The notes: generated from the letters alone by a model not told the origin. A stretch of 64,000 nt of DNA from Naegleria gruberi (GCA_000004985.1 GG738870.1), one strand, 5' to 3'. Positions 1 through 11,065 are shown, numbered from the stretch's first letter. Made by a program: numbers and translations.

Positions 1-316
1 TGATACCATCACTTGTTTCCAATTTTAGGCATGTCAATCTGCCTTGATAGAGTTCTTCAAATGATAGTACCTTTCTTTGAAGAGTACCTTTGATAATCGT
101 AATGACACCGGCTGCTTTATCATCCTTATTACAGTGTGATCCAAATATGGAGCACGGTTGAAAGAATTTGGCAGCTTTTGAAACTTGATCCTTGAATTCA
201 TTGTGTGACCAATGAGTTTCTTGGACATTCACTACATTAAGTCCTTCTCTATTAATGTGTTGGAGTAGAATGGCTTGTTTGTCTAGAGAGAAGGACGACA
301 GATTACAAGAGGCCAT
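1..316 (-). CDS. Partial CDS: N-terminus of an EEP/APE-type endonuclease-like protein (possible retrotransposon ORF2 5' end); runs off the left window edge
   Basis: ATG at 316..314 (minus); translation MASCNLSSFSLDKQAILLQHINREGLNVVNVQETHWSHNEFKD...AAGVITIIKG... open to position 1. The LNVVNVQETH and GVITII motifs resemble the start of AP-endonuclease (EEP) domains. Not in the ORF track because it runs off the edge. Confidence 0.4.
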   Translation of the reverse strand, partial: MASCNLSSFSLDKQAILLQHINREGLNVVNVQETHWSHNEFKDQVSKAAKFFQPCSIFGSHCNKDDKAAGVITIIKGTLQRKVLSFEELYQGRLTCLKLETSDGI

Positions 317-336
317 TCTAATGCGAGGGGAGACCA

Positions 337-1800
337 TTATTGTTGGTCGGAAGCTCCGTTCATATCCGTATCATCGTCGGATAGAGTGAGAGCTTCTTTG
401 CCTTGTTTTCTTTGTTTTCTAGGCTTGTGACTTGAGCCAGAAGGTAAAAAGGTTTGCACATCTGTTGACAATTCAGTCAACTTATCGTCTAATGCACCAA
501 TCATAGTATAAGTATTTTCATAGTCCGTATCTAGTTCGGCAAGCATTTCTTGTACTTGAGTATTCCTTTTGTTGCTATCTTCACTGAGTGTATTAATTTT
601 AGTTTCAGTGGTAGTGAAGGAGGATTGCAACTGACTGAGTTGGATTTGGAGGGAAGTAATTTCATCCAAAAGACCGTCAATTTTAGCAACTTTAACTTTC
701 ATTTCATTATTTTCTTTAGAGTGGTTGCTAAGAGTAACTGATTTGTCCAAGACGTTCTTATCGAGGTTAGTGTAGTGGGTTCTAATATTATTAATACTAG
801 TATTGAGTTCCTTAAAATCATTTGTGTGTATAGTATTGATATTTGTAATGGATTTTTCTAACTCATCATTCTTAGTCTTCAGAGCCTGATTTTCTTTGAC
901 TAATGAATCAACCCGAGATTGCAGCTCAGTGTATGCACTGGCAAGAACAAATCTGGTAGGATCTACGAGGGAAGCTTCTGAGATGGCGTGTTGAACCAAC
1001 TCCTTCACTTTGGTGATGAGGGAAGGTTTGTTGAGTCTAGGATTGAAGGAGAGATTTGTGACAACGACATCTCCAACGTAGATAATTTTGGTGAGTGTGC
1101 TTTTTTTCAGCTCTTCACGTTTGACTTTAACATAAGCGGTGTTGTTGTTAATGTCAAGTTCAGGATTAAGTTTCCACGCACTAATAATGACCTTTTTGAG
1201 TGCATCGATTTGTAGTTTTCTATCCGAATCCCAAGTGAGACGTAGAGTAGTGGTACTGACGTCTATTTCAGATAGAAAGTTGGGTTTATTATCTAATAGA
1301 TTTTCAACATTAACAGCCCAGAAATTATTCGAAGGGGAATAATTCATGCTAACAACTGACTTCACCTCACCGATCACCTTTTTAAGGTTTGGAATATTGA
1401 ATGGAAGGTCTACCTTATAGCGATACAGAGTGGAGACTCTTTGAAGAAACATAAATGAGTCTGTACCTTTCCACTCCTTAACAGCATTAAGTGCCATTTC
1501 ATGGCTCACAAAGTAAGCAAAGGCTACTCCTTTGAGGCCCAATGGAATGTGAACACCATTAACCCAACTCAGGTTAATGTTGTAGTGTTCTAAAATTTGT
1601 TGCTGGCTGCTGTTATCAGGATGACCCGCAAGAAGGACCCTGAATCTACGCTTATAAGATGGGAAGATGTGGCGTACCTGTCTACCATCTTTAGCTTCTG
1701 CTTTGGATGTGGCAGGTGTGTTGGCCTTCCTTGCTGATGTGTTGTTGTTGCTTGGAGACTGGTCAAGTTTTCCTCCGGGAGTCGGAGGAGTTTTGCCCAT
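337..1800 (-). CDS. RRM-like plus C-terminal coiled-coil protein (possible retroelement ORF1 / RNA-binding protein)
   Basis: Track ORF 337..1857 starts on TTG. First ATG at 1800 in an aaaaaaaATG context. RNP-like segment LKGVAFAYFVSHEMA, then a long heptad-rich coiled coil. The stop lies only 18 nt upstream of the ATG at 316. Confidence 0.5.
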   Translation of the reverse strand: MGKTPPTPGGKLDQSPSNNNTSARKANTPATSKAEAKDGRQVRHIFPSYKRRFRVLLAGHPDNSSQQQILEHYNINLSWVNGVHIPLGLKGVAFAYFVSHEMALNAVKEWKGTDSFMFLQRVSTLYRYKVDLPFNIPNLKKVIGEVKSVVSMNYSPSNNFWAVNVENLLDNKPNFLSEIDVSTTTLRLTWDSDRKLQIDALKKVIISAWKLNPELDINNNTAYVKVKREELKKSTLTKIIYVGDVVVTNLSFNPRLNKPSLITKVKELVQHAISEASLVDPTRFVLASAYTELQSRVDSLVKENQALKTKNDELEKSITNINTIHTNDFKELNTSINNIRTHYTNLDKNVLDKSVTLSNHSKENNEMKVKVAKIDGLLDEITSLQIQLSQLQSSFTTTETKINTLSEDSNKRNTQVQEMLAELDTDYENTYTMIGALDDKLTELSTDVQTFLPSGSSHKPRKQRKQGKEALTLSDDDTDMNGASDQQ

Positions 1801-1945
1801 TTTTTTTGAACCCCATATATATTGAAGAAAACCCAATCTCAATATCTTTTGACTCAAATTCTTCCCTCAAACTACTGTAAGGACATTAAATTTCCAAAAT
1901 AGTATTAAAAAACGCCAATTTTTCAAGTTCATTTAAGGCACGCTA

Positions 1946-3055
1946 ATGTGCGATCGGATGAATAAGAAAAACAACAATAAAAAAATGGAAACAATCACAG
2001 CGCTTATTCCCTCCTCCGTGAAGGATCATTTTGAAACTCTGTTATCTTGCACGGTGAAGAGTAGTGATAAGATGAATAGGGTGATCTCTTACGGATTTTT
2101 GGGAAGTTTAATGTTGTACTTGGGGCGAAGATTTTTCAGAGGAACTTTCGTTTCTTCCGAATTGATGAATAAGAAGGATTTGAGTGGACAAGTTGTGCTG
2201 GTTACTGGATGTAGTAGAGGAGGAATTGGTTATGAAACTGTAAAGGCTTTGTATTTAAGAGGAGCTCAAGTTGTTGTTGCTGTTAGAGATAAAGCAAGAA
2301 GTGAGAAGGAATTCTTTGAATTGTTGAATCAACATAAGGGAGAACAGAGAGGATTTATTGTTGTAATGAAGGTGGATTTGGATGATTTGGAAAGTGTTAG
2401 AGAATTTGCAAAGGAATTTTTACAGAGATTTAATCGATTGGATATTTTGATTAATAATGCTGGATTGGGAGGAGCTGATGGTGTTTCTAAACAGGGATAC
2501 GAAACTCATTTTGCTGTAAATCACTTGAGCCACTTTTTATTGGTTCATTATTTGAGACAATTGATTTTGGATACTAGTGTTAAATATTATAAGGAATGTA
2601 AAATTATCAATGTTGGATCGGCTGCTCACATGTTTGTTAGAAAGGAGGAACACTTGAATTTTACAAAGGAAAGAATTAGTAAGGCTGACCCTACCATGTT
2701 TGCTTATGGTCAATCCAAGCTCTGTAACTTGTTATTTACAAAATCCCTTGCTAGACAATTACAAGATTCAAAGGTTGGAGTATATGTTATACATCCAGGA
2801 GCTGTGCAAACAAACTTTTTCCGCAGAATGCCAATCATGTCCATTTTGAATTGGATTGTTTGGTACTTTTTCAAGACTCCAGAAGGAGGTGCTCAAACTC
2901 AAATCCATGTTGCCTTGGAAAGTATGGATAAGTTACGTAGTGGAGGATATTATTCAGATTGTGGACTGGCTAGAGAAACCTCTCTTGCAAATAATGTCGA
3001 CATTCAAGACAAGTTATGGAACTTCAGTGAAGAATTGTGCAAGGATTATATGTAA
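1946..3055 (+). CDS. Short-chain dehydrogenase/reductase (retinol dehydrogenase / WWOX-like SDR)
   Basis: TGCSRGGIGYET cofactor motif, NNAG motif, YGQSKLCN catalytic Tyr-x3-Lys, and HPGAVQTNF. ATG at 1946. Hydrophobic N-terminal segment. Confidence 0.9.
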   Translation: MCDRMNKKNNNKKMETITALIPSSVKDHFETLLSCTVKSSDKMNRVISYGFLGSLMLYLGRRFFRGTFVSSELMNKKDLSGQVVLVTGCSRGGIGYETVKALYLRGAQVVVAVRDKARSEKEFFELLNQHKGEQRGFIVVMKVDLDDLESVREFAKEFLQRFNRLDILINNAGLGGADGVSKQGYETHFAVNHLSHFLLVHYLRQLILDTSVKYYKECKIINVGSAAHMFVRKEEHLNFTKERISKADPTMFAYGQSKLCNLLFTKSLARQLQDSKVGVYVIHPGAVQTNFFRRMPIMSILNWIVWYFFKTPEGGAQTQIHVALESMDKLRSGGYYSDCGLARETSLANNVDIQDKLWNFSEELCKDYM

Positions 3056-3554
3056 TGAATGTCATTTCAGAATTTACATTAAAATAATTACAATTAAATG
3101 TTCAAGATAGAAATTTGAAGTCTCTTCGAAACTATTAGGTTAATAATTTATTCATTCCATTTATTTAGAGTGTGAAATATAAGGAATATCCTTTAACTAT
3201 TAAGGAACTTTGAACGGATGTGTATATTAATAAACAGTGCAGCCCCTACCAATTTCTGACCTTCCTCCTTCACTACTGGGTGTATAATCTTAACACAATT
3301 AAATTAGCACATGTCCACCTTGTTAAGGCAGGCACATTTTGTATTACTGGGGATTTATGTTAGGCAAAATCGCCTTATCAGAATGGAAGGAACCTATTTT
3401 GTCTCCTCCTTGGTCTTCTAGAACCACTAAAACACTAGACACAGCACCAGATCGCGTTTCATCAACAACTTCAAATCGTTGTTTAACATCCATGGAACCT
3501 TCTCTCAACAACCACACGAAAAAAAAACAGATGATTCTTCATCGTCATCATTCC

Positions 3555-6500
3555 ATGAAAAACCTCTGCGCATTGCCACTGCTACTAATATTATGCTTTC
3601 AAACAGTATTGCTATTCTTCCATTCATCATGCATTCAGCCAGTCAGAGGTGAAACATGTTTTGGAATTGCATCGAGCAGTTCAAAAACTTGTTCTGGAAG
3701 AGGTGTTTGCACACCAGATAATTTGTGCACATGTAATGTGGATTCATCATTGGGTTCTTCCTCTCCCTATTCTGGATTGAACTGTGAAGTAGATTTGTGT
3801 TTTCCTAATGCAATTATTTCTTATAATTGCAATGGAAATGGACAGTGTGAAAATGGTGTTTGTAAATGTAAGGAGGGAACTTCTGGATTCATGTGCCATT
3901 TGAATAGTACCAAATTGATGTGTTTTGGTGTGAGTGGAGGTGATTCAAGAGTTTGTTCTGGTCATGGAAAATGTTTGGACACGAACGTGTGCTCATGCCA
4001 AGATGGTTATACAGGAACTGAATGTCAAATTCCACTATGTTATGGTATTCCATCAACTTTGACATCAAGCGTTTGCTCTGGTAAAGGTACATGCAAGGGA
4101 CAAGATACATGCGAATGTCAATCAGGTTTTTCTGGAGCTAATTGTGAAGTACTTGGTTCAGTATCTTCGCAAGGCTCATCTATTGCAATTCCAGCATCAT
4201 TTTGTGGATCAATAATTGATAGTGATAACAGAACATGTAATGGAAGAGGAAAATGTATTGCCAATGACACATGTCTATGTATGGAAGGTTACAATGACCA
4301 TGACATGTGTCAGAGTACATTCTGCTTTTCAATTCCACAATATGATGCACTGGTTTGCAGTGGACATGGCAACTGCATCGATTACAATACATGTAATTGT
4401 ACTTCTTCTGGAAATTCTTCATTGAACTTTATTGGAAATGAATGTGAAATAGTTCAATGTTTAGGAAGAAATTTCCATTTTTACAATAGCACAGATTCAA
4501 ATGTTTGCAATGGAAATGGTTTCTGTTCCTCTACCAATGATGGTTGCATTTGTAAGGATGGTTATTACGGAGATGCATGTGAACAATTTTCCTGTTTTGG
4601 TATTTCATCAACAAGTGAAATTTCTTGTTCTGGAAATGGACAATGTTTAGATATTGACACTTGCTCATGCTACTCAAATTTACAACAAGGTTATTGGAGT
4701 GGAGAAAATTGTGATATCTGTGATGAAAATTACTCTGGAACGCATTGTAACGAAACAGTAACTTGTCAATCTGAAACTTTTTGTAATCTTTTAGGATCTT
4801 GCTTTAACAATACATGTCAATGTGAAGAACAATACTCGGGACCATCCTGTAGTTTGTGTCAGGGTGGTTTCTATGGTCCATTCTGTAACCATAGCTGTTC
4901 CAGAGTGGACACATGTCATGGACATGGAGAATGTTCAAGAGATGGAATTTTCTGTGAATGTGATCAATCTAATGAGGATGGTTATTGGGATGATTTGTCA
5001 ATGTGTCAAAAATGTAAGAATGGATATTTTGGATCAAGCTGTTTATTGAGAATCGGTGAAAGTTTCGGTTTAAATTCATTGGGAAATGAAATTGTAATTC
5101 CATTAGTGATTCGTCCAAATAATTTGCAGAATTTACTGAATTGCTCTTTGATATTGGTTTTGGAAAGTAGAAGAATGCTTGGATCCTTCCCTGAATGCTG
5201 GATTGATTCGAATAATATGTTGAGAATTACCATTCCAAAAGATTCGACATTTTCTCCAATTCTTAATTCTGATAGAATTGTTATAATTCCAAGTGGTTTT
5301 GAAAATGGTATTCAGAAAAACGAAACCATTTCCCTTCCTTTTGATTCTATCAATACGAAACTTGTCCTTCCAGTTGCCAAAATCTATTCGAATTCAACTT
5401 ATATTCTTCCAAATAGTGATTTAACTTTAATTGGTTCAAATTTACTAAGAATTGAAAGAGAAAGAAATCTGACATTTGAATGGTCTTTGAAGAGTAGTGA
5501 TTCTGATTTTGCCTTATTTCAATCGAATTTGAATTCAAGAATTTCGAGTGGAAAATTTGGTCAACTGACAATTACAAAATCTGACATTCCATCAACTGTT
5601 ACTACATTCCAGATCCAATTGATTGTTAGAAATCAAATTAATAATATTTCCAGTAATCCTACTCATATGACATTCACTGTATTGAAATCTACAACTTTAC
5701 AACAAGTTTACAATGGAGCTTACAATTTGAAATTCAATTTACCAACTCAAATTCTTTATGTACATAATGACATGTTACCATACAAGTTAAAATACTCTCT
5801 ATTACAAGATAATTCACCTATTTCACTTCCAAACTCTAGTTATTCCATTCAATTTTCAATTAGTCCAACACCTTCGGATAACACTTTCGTTACTTTACAG
5901 AATTCGAATGGTATTTTAACAATTTCCTCAGCGTATAACTATGACAATCAGAATAATGTTTATGAAGGATTCGATGGTCAAGTGTTTAACTCTTCCAAGT
6001 TTTATCAAATTATTGGAACTGTCACTCATGTGCCAAGTGGAAAAATTGTCACTCAAAAATCAATCAAATCATTCTTTATTAACAGAAATAGTGGAGCGAG
6101 ACCTGATTTTGATACTGGTAGTCTAAATCCTCTTCCAACACAAGCAGGTCCCGCAGCCATAACCATCCTAACCAATGGACACACTTTTGATTCAGTTGAC
6201 TGGGATTGTTTCGAATGGTCTGGAGTTGGTGGAAAGTGCAGTAATGAATGGATGGCAGCAATTGCAGCATCCAAAGATTCCAACATCCTAAACGTTCCAC
6301 TCGACACTTTTTTCCTTGCTAAGAATCCTCTTTACGTCAGAGCTAAGGTTGTGATTGCTGGCATTCCCTATTATCTCCAAAGCTCAGTAACCCCATCTCA
6401 GGGATTTGGTTTCAAGACTTTGAATGGAGCAACTTTGTACAGTATCATTGCTGGAATGCAGTTGGCCAAAATTGATCGAACCAATTCTCACACAGCTGTC

Positions 6501-7202
6501 TATTCTTGGATGGATTACCAATTTAAGGATACTGTGAATGGAGCCACACTTACTTATGAAGTTAGAGATCAAGATAATAACTTATTAACGCCAACATCGT
6601 CATATATTACACTGGATACTAATCAGAGAAAGTTTACAATTTCTGGTTCAAATATTCCAACAAGTGTTAAAGTATTGAAAATCTCAGTTCGTTTTACAGT
6701 TCCTAATTTTACCAATTTTAAATATAGAGCTTATCTTTATTTGGTTCCAGATGCAATTACCCAACCTAGTCCAACATCAGTGTTGAATTATACTGTTTTG
6801 GAAAATGGATTGAGAAAGTATACGTTAAATTATCAATTGACCAAAACATATGTTGCTGCCATGTCATCCATTTCATTAAAAATTGGAAGTCATAAGATTA
6901 GTATTGCCAATGTCGGTCCAAGTCAACTTGTGAAATTTATACTTCCACCCCTCTTGGATGCCAGCTCAATAATTGCTGATGTGACATATGTCGATAATAG
7001 ATATGTCGGTGGTGCTAGCTCCATTACACAACAATTCACATTACATTCTCTACCTGCCGAAAGTCAATCATCTGATTCTTTTATTCGTTCCATGCAAGAA
7101 TCCATTCGAACAGATGCCACAACTTATTTAGGTACTAATTTTGTAATGTTAATAATGAATATTAGATATTTGGGTGAGGAATATGATTTCCCTACCATGT
7201 AA
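3555..7202 (+). CDS. Secreted EGF/tenascin-type repeat protein (about 17 Cys-rich EGF-like modules plus a large Cys-poor C-terminal domain)
   Basis: Track ORF 3339 begins on TTG. ATG at 3555 gives the signal-peptide-like MKNLCALPLLLILCFQTVLLFF. Repeated CSGHGKC..C.C..GYTG..C modules fill the first ~500 aa. Confidence 0.8.
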   Translation: MKNLCALPLLLILCFQTVLLFFHSSCIQPVRGETCFGIASSSSKTCSGRGVCTPDNLCTCNVDSSLGSSSPYSGLNCEVDLCFPNAIISYNCNGNGQCENGVCKCKEGTSGFMCHLNSTKLMCFGVSGGDSRVCSGHGKCLDTNVCSCQDGYTGTECQIPLCYGIPSTLTSSVCSGKGTCKGQDTCECQSGFSGANCEVLGSVSSQGSSIAIPASFCGSIIDSDNRTCNGRGKCIANDTCLCMEGYNDHDMCQSTFCFSIPQYDALVCSGHGNCIDYNTCNCTSSGNSSLNFIGNECEIVQCLGRNFHFYNSTDSNVCNGNGFCSSTNDGCICKDGYYGDACEQFSCFGISSTSEISCSGNGQCLDIDTCSCYSNLQQGYWSGENCDICDENYSGTHCNETVTCQSETFCNLLGSCFNNTCQCEEQYSGPSCSLCQGGFYGPFCNHSCSRVDTCHGHGECSRDGIFCECDQSNEDGYWDDLSMCQKCKNGYFGSSCLLRIGESFGLNSLGNEIVIPLVIRPNNLQNLLNCSLILVLESRRMLGSFPECWIDSNNMLRITIPKDSTFSPILNSDRIVIIPSGFENGIQKNETISLPFDSINTKLVLPVAKIYSNSTYILPNSDLTLIGSNLLRIERERNLTFEWSLKSSDSDFALFQSNLNSRISSGKFGQLTITKSDIPSTVTTFQIQLIVRNQINNISSNPTHMTFTVLKSTTLQQVYNGAYNLKFNLPTQILYVHNDMLPYKLKYSLLQDNSPISLPNSSYSIQFSISPTPSDNTFVTLQNSNGILTISSAYNYDNQNNVYEGFDGQVFNSSKFYQIIGTVTHVPSGKIVTQKSIKSFFINRNSGARPDFDTGSLNPLPTQAGPAAITILTNGHTFDSVDWDCFEWSGVGGKCSNEWMAAIAASKDSNILNVPLDTFFLAKNPLYVRAKVVIAGIPYYLQSSVTPSQGFGFKTLNGATLYSIIAGMQLAKIDRTNSHTAVYSWMDYQFKDTVNGATLTYEVRDQDNNLLTPTSSYITLDTNQRKFTISGSNIPTSVKVLKISVRFTVPNFTNFKYRAYLYLVPDAITQPSPTSVLNYTVLENGLRKYTLNYQLTKTYVAAMSSISLKIGSHKISIANVGPSQLVKFILPPLLDASSIIADVTYVDNRYVGGASSITQQFTLHSLPAESQSSDSFIRSMQESIRTDATTYLGTNFVMLIMNIRYLGEEYDFPTM

Positions 7203-7796
7203 AAATATCATCAACTACATACCTTTAAATCCTCATGAGGATATGAAACAAATTCATTCTTTGGTGTTTCTTCCGAATAAATCAAAATTATGGAAATGTT
7301 CAGGTGTTTGTTTACAACATCAACATCAGTCAACCAAGATTTCTACCTCTACATTATCAGATGGGTGTTCAATCCATGTACTATTCAGCTCCTGTATACG
7401 AAAGAAAGATTGAAGTGATGAATATATCAAAAATCAACACCATTCATCTATGTTTACAGAGATTAGAAATATTTATAACAGCTTGACAGATACAGTTCAG
7501 TGGTTGAATGAGTTTTAAACAATTTCTTGGCTGAGAGCATTTCTTAATCATTTCCTCAGAAATGCTCTCAGCCAAGAAACGATTATTCGAAAGTTTAACC
7601 AACTATCACTCAACCATTGGCATTACCACCAAATCCTTTCTCTCCTTTAACTCAATCCATCCTGCACATTGTCACCTCGCACATTTGCTTACAAAATATT
7701 TAAATTCCACCAAAATCCAGAACATCTGCAACAATAAAAAATTCAAAACTTGTTCGATAGAAGAAAAGTATTCGGAAAATTAAAACACATTAAACA

Positions 7797-8498
7797 ATGC
7801 ATCGCTACGTTCTACTCTTGAGAGGAATCAATGTCGGAGGAAGTAAATCCATCAAAATGGCTGATTTGAAAAAGACGCTGAGTAATATTAAATTTAAGCC
7901 TTCTGATGATAATAATAAGTCATCATCAAATAATTCATCAAATACTTCATCATTGAATAATTCTAATAATTCTGATGATTCTGCTGGTGCGGTTGATAAT
8001 ATTCAAAAATTGCAAAATATTAAAAGTTATTTAGCGAGTGGCAATGTAATTTTCGATTTGAATTTAAAATTGCTTTCCAATGATGAGAGAAGACTGGAGG
8101 AGGAAATTACCAATATTCTGATGAAGGAATTTACCTTTGATGTACCAGTAATGATTAGACATGCCACAGAATTTCATCAAATTATTGCCAATAATCCATT
8201 CTACTCGGTGAAGGAGAAGAAGATTGATGATTTGTACATTTGCCTGTTGATTTCAAAACCACAAGGTGAATTGGTGGAGAACATGATGAAGGATAATAAG
8301 GATTCCTATTCACCTGATGAATTTGAAATTGTGGATTCAACAGATGCTGCTGATGCTACTTGTTGCATTTACCTTCGATTGAAAAGTGGTGCTGCAAAAA
8401 CTAAATTGACCAATAACATGTTGGAGAAAAAGTTCAAAGTGAATGCAACAAGTAGGAACTGGAAAACAATGTTGGAATTGAAGAAGTTACTACAGTAA
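7797..8498 (+). CDS. DUF1697 family protein (bacterial-type) with a host-like N/S-rich insert
   Basis: N-terminus MHRYVLLLRGINVGGSKSIKMADLKKTL and later ASGNVIFD match the DUF1697 signature. ATG at 7797. Residues ~35-70 are low-complexity SSNNSSNTSSLNNSNN. Confidence 0.75.
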   Translation: MHRYVLLLRGINVGGSKSIKMADLKKTLSNIKFKPSDDNNKSSSNNSSNTSSLNNSNNSDDSAGAVDNIQKLQNIKSYLASGNVIFDLNLKLLSNDERRLEEEITNILMKEFTFDVPVMIRHATEFHQIIANNPFYSVKEKKIDDLYICLLISKPQGELVENMMKDNKDSYSPDEFEIVDSTDAADATCCIYLRLKSGAAKTKLTNNMLEKKFKVNATSRNWKTMLELKKLLQ

Positions 8499-8699
8499 TT
8501 AACTACAGTTACAAGTCGGCAACAATTTGCATTGTGTTTGATGTCCTTAGTTCACATCGGCTGGTGGTTATATACATAATTGGACAACTTTAAAGCAAAA
8601 AGAGTCGAGTACGAAAGAGGAAAGGTTTTTCGCATTAACACTTGGGGTTTTTATTGAAATAAGATTTCAAGAGTCTTCTGTTTTTGGGGGTGATGTAGT

Positions 8700-9680
8700 T
8701 TATTTGAAAATGATAAACTTTCCTTTTGGATTGGACTTTTTAAACTCAATTTCCTCGAACTTGTTGTGTGAAAACCTTACTCGATAGTTTGGCATGTTAT
8801 TATTGCTGCTTGATGAAGATCTCCTTTTCTTTGAAACCTTCTTGTCATCATTATATGATGTAAAGTTAGAAAAACTAGATTCTGGTTGATGGAAAGATAT
8901 GCAATATGATAATTCTTCATTATTCGAAACTAATTGTTTCTTCATTGGAGAAGAGGAAGCTTTCATTTTCTGCTTTTTAGCAATTTTGCTAGGACTGCCA
9001 GTATACGATAATGAACCATTGAATGGTTTCATACCGTTGCTGTTATTGCATTGGAGGTGTAAATCAGGTTGTTGTGAATTTTCCAAACTAGGAAGGATAA
9101 CGAAATTGGAGGAATCAGGAACAGATGTAATCGGTGTGCTGGATGGTTCCCACACGTTATTGCCGGCAAGAAGTGGAGAGGTTGTTGTGGTTGAGTATTG
9201 ATTCTCATTGTTTGATGAGAAACTATTGAATAATGTATTAGAATTGCTACATGCACTAGTTGTGGTAGTAGTAGTAGGGGAAGATGAAGTTGAAGATTGG
9301 GTGATGGTTCTAGCATTGAATTGAAATTCATTGGTAGTGGAGGAAAGTTTACTCCAAACTAAACCTAATGTGGATGGCACATTTCTCAACTCGAGATCAA
9401 TGAGTTGATGAATATAACTTTCATCGAGAGTGATCATGTCTGATGGTGAAGAGATGGTGGATTGGATCATTTGGCATTCTTGAGGTTTTTGAGGATGAAA
9501 AGTACATGAATTATTGGAAGAATTGAAAGGTTTAGTCGAGGAATCTTCAACAACTTGATCGAGCAAAGACATGAAATCATGTCTGTTCATCAAGTCAATT
9601 AGCACTTCATTGGTCACTTCATCAACAATACTATTACTAGCACTATGATTAGCGAACAACATCAAGTTGGCAGCTGACAT
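8700..9680 (-). CDS. Hypothetical S/T/N-rich low-complexity protein
   Basis: Uninterrupted 326-aa ORF with ATG at 9680; no recognisable domain. Confidence 0.45.
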   Translation of the reverse strand: MSAANLMLFANHSASNSIVDEVTNEVLIDLMNRHDFMSLLDQVVEDSSTKPFNSSNNSCTFHPQKPQECQMIQSTISSPSDMITLDESYIHQLIDLELRNVPSTLGLVWSKLSSTTNEFQFNARTITQSSTSSSPTTTTTTSACSNSNTLFNSFSSNNENQYSTTTTSPLLAGNNVWEPSSTPITSVPDSSNFVILPSLENSQQPDLHLQCNNSNGMKPFNGSLSYTGSPSKIAKKQKMKASSSPMKKQLVSNNEELSYCISFHQPESSFSNFTSYNDDKKVSKKRRSSSSSNNNMPNYRVRFSHNKFEEIEFKKSNPKGKFIIFK

Positions 9681-11065
9681 TCTATTTTACGTTATTTTTT
9701 TTTGCTTGGTTGGTGTAGACTGGACAAATGGGAGCATGTTTTATAATCCTCTTCAATATTTGGTGGGTTTGACTCAAAGATGTCAAGAAAGATTGTGGCG
9801 ACAATATATATGGAAACAAACCATTGTAGCTAGACACCCAACAACAACATTGGTATTCGTATTGCCGTTAGGTTGTCAGATTGTCGTAATGAAATTGTCA
9901 TGAACAAAGAGAACGCCCATTGATCCTTGTAATGAAAAAAATCATTGAAAATTGACAAATTGTTTAACTGGGGGATTTGATCCTGATTTATGTTGATGCC
10001 AAACAATTAATTTCAATGAATTTGGTAGTTACAAATTGCATATCAGCATTATCTTGCGCAATCAAAAGATTGATATAGTGAGAGTTGTTGCCATAAAATC
10101 TGTGGAGATATTGAAGTAAGTTACAGGAACAGACTAGAATTGACAATTTTTAAAAGACACGTAACACAATTTTGATTTGCAATCAATCTTATGGAAAGGT
10201 TGTTCACTGGTTTTGAATTATTGTTGTCTTCAGTAAGAGAACAACAATCGATAGAGAACTAGAGTATCCGAAATTTACAATTTACTACGACAATTTAGAG
10301 CATCTGAAAAAGAATGGAAACAATTACAACATGTTCCATTTTCGAATGTTGAAACCAAATCCTTTGACCTTAGTCGTAATCCATTCACACAAATCCTAAA
10401 ACATGTTTTTATTGGCGGAAAGTCAATTGTAAAGTCTTCAAAGATACCGATATGAAATCGTACTTTCAAACGCATTTTCAATGTCTAAAACCAATGGGAG
10501 ACATCTTTGAAAATGATGTTTACAACGGTAGTGTGTATTTATTGACAGATTTGAATAACACTTGACAGTAGTGCACTATGATATGCGTTGATGGTAAATT
10601 ATTTGTCACCATTTCAATCAAAACAACAAATCTAGAGCGAAAACGAACTAATTTGCTACTTTCCTTCATTGTGTAATTTGCCCCTGATTGTTCATAGCTC
10701 TTTATCCTGAGTTTCGTACAAAAACTGGTTTCGCATATAGGACAAGTACACGATGACAGTGAAAGTTGGGGAATTTGATTTAGCCTCTCAAGAATCTAAT
10801 AACATATTCGATTAGATGTTGCTATTTTATGGTTGAAACACATCTCTTTGAGTTATTCCTGTGTAATCATTTCACATAATGGAAAGTTGGATGTTTAGAG
10901 GATCATCCTAATCAAATTACAATAAGTTTTTGATCATCTACAATTAATTATCGTCATGGTTCACTATTAATACCTCAAAAACAATCTACAGTTTTTTTTC
11001 TGAAACAAACTCTAAGATGTTGGACGACGTCAAAAATCAAACTGTCAAAAATTAACAGCAAAAAA

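Larger units (their letters stand above)
1..1900 (-). mobile_element. Candidate non-LTR retrotransposon, 5' half (ORF1 then overlapping/adjacent ORF2 start), truncated by the window edge
   Basis: Bicistronic layout: ORF1 stop at 337-339, 18-nt spacer, ORF2-like ATG at 316 opening an EEP endonuclease N-terminus. The RT domain would lie outside the window. Confidence 0.35.

Noticed and set aside
3339-3554. N-terminal extension of the EGF-repeat ORF
   Set aside because: The track start is TTG. The extension lacks signal-peptide character, whereas the ATG at 3555 gives a textbook signal peptide
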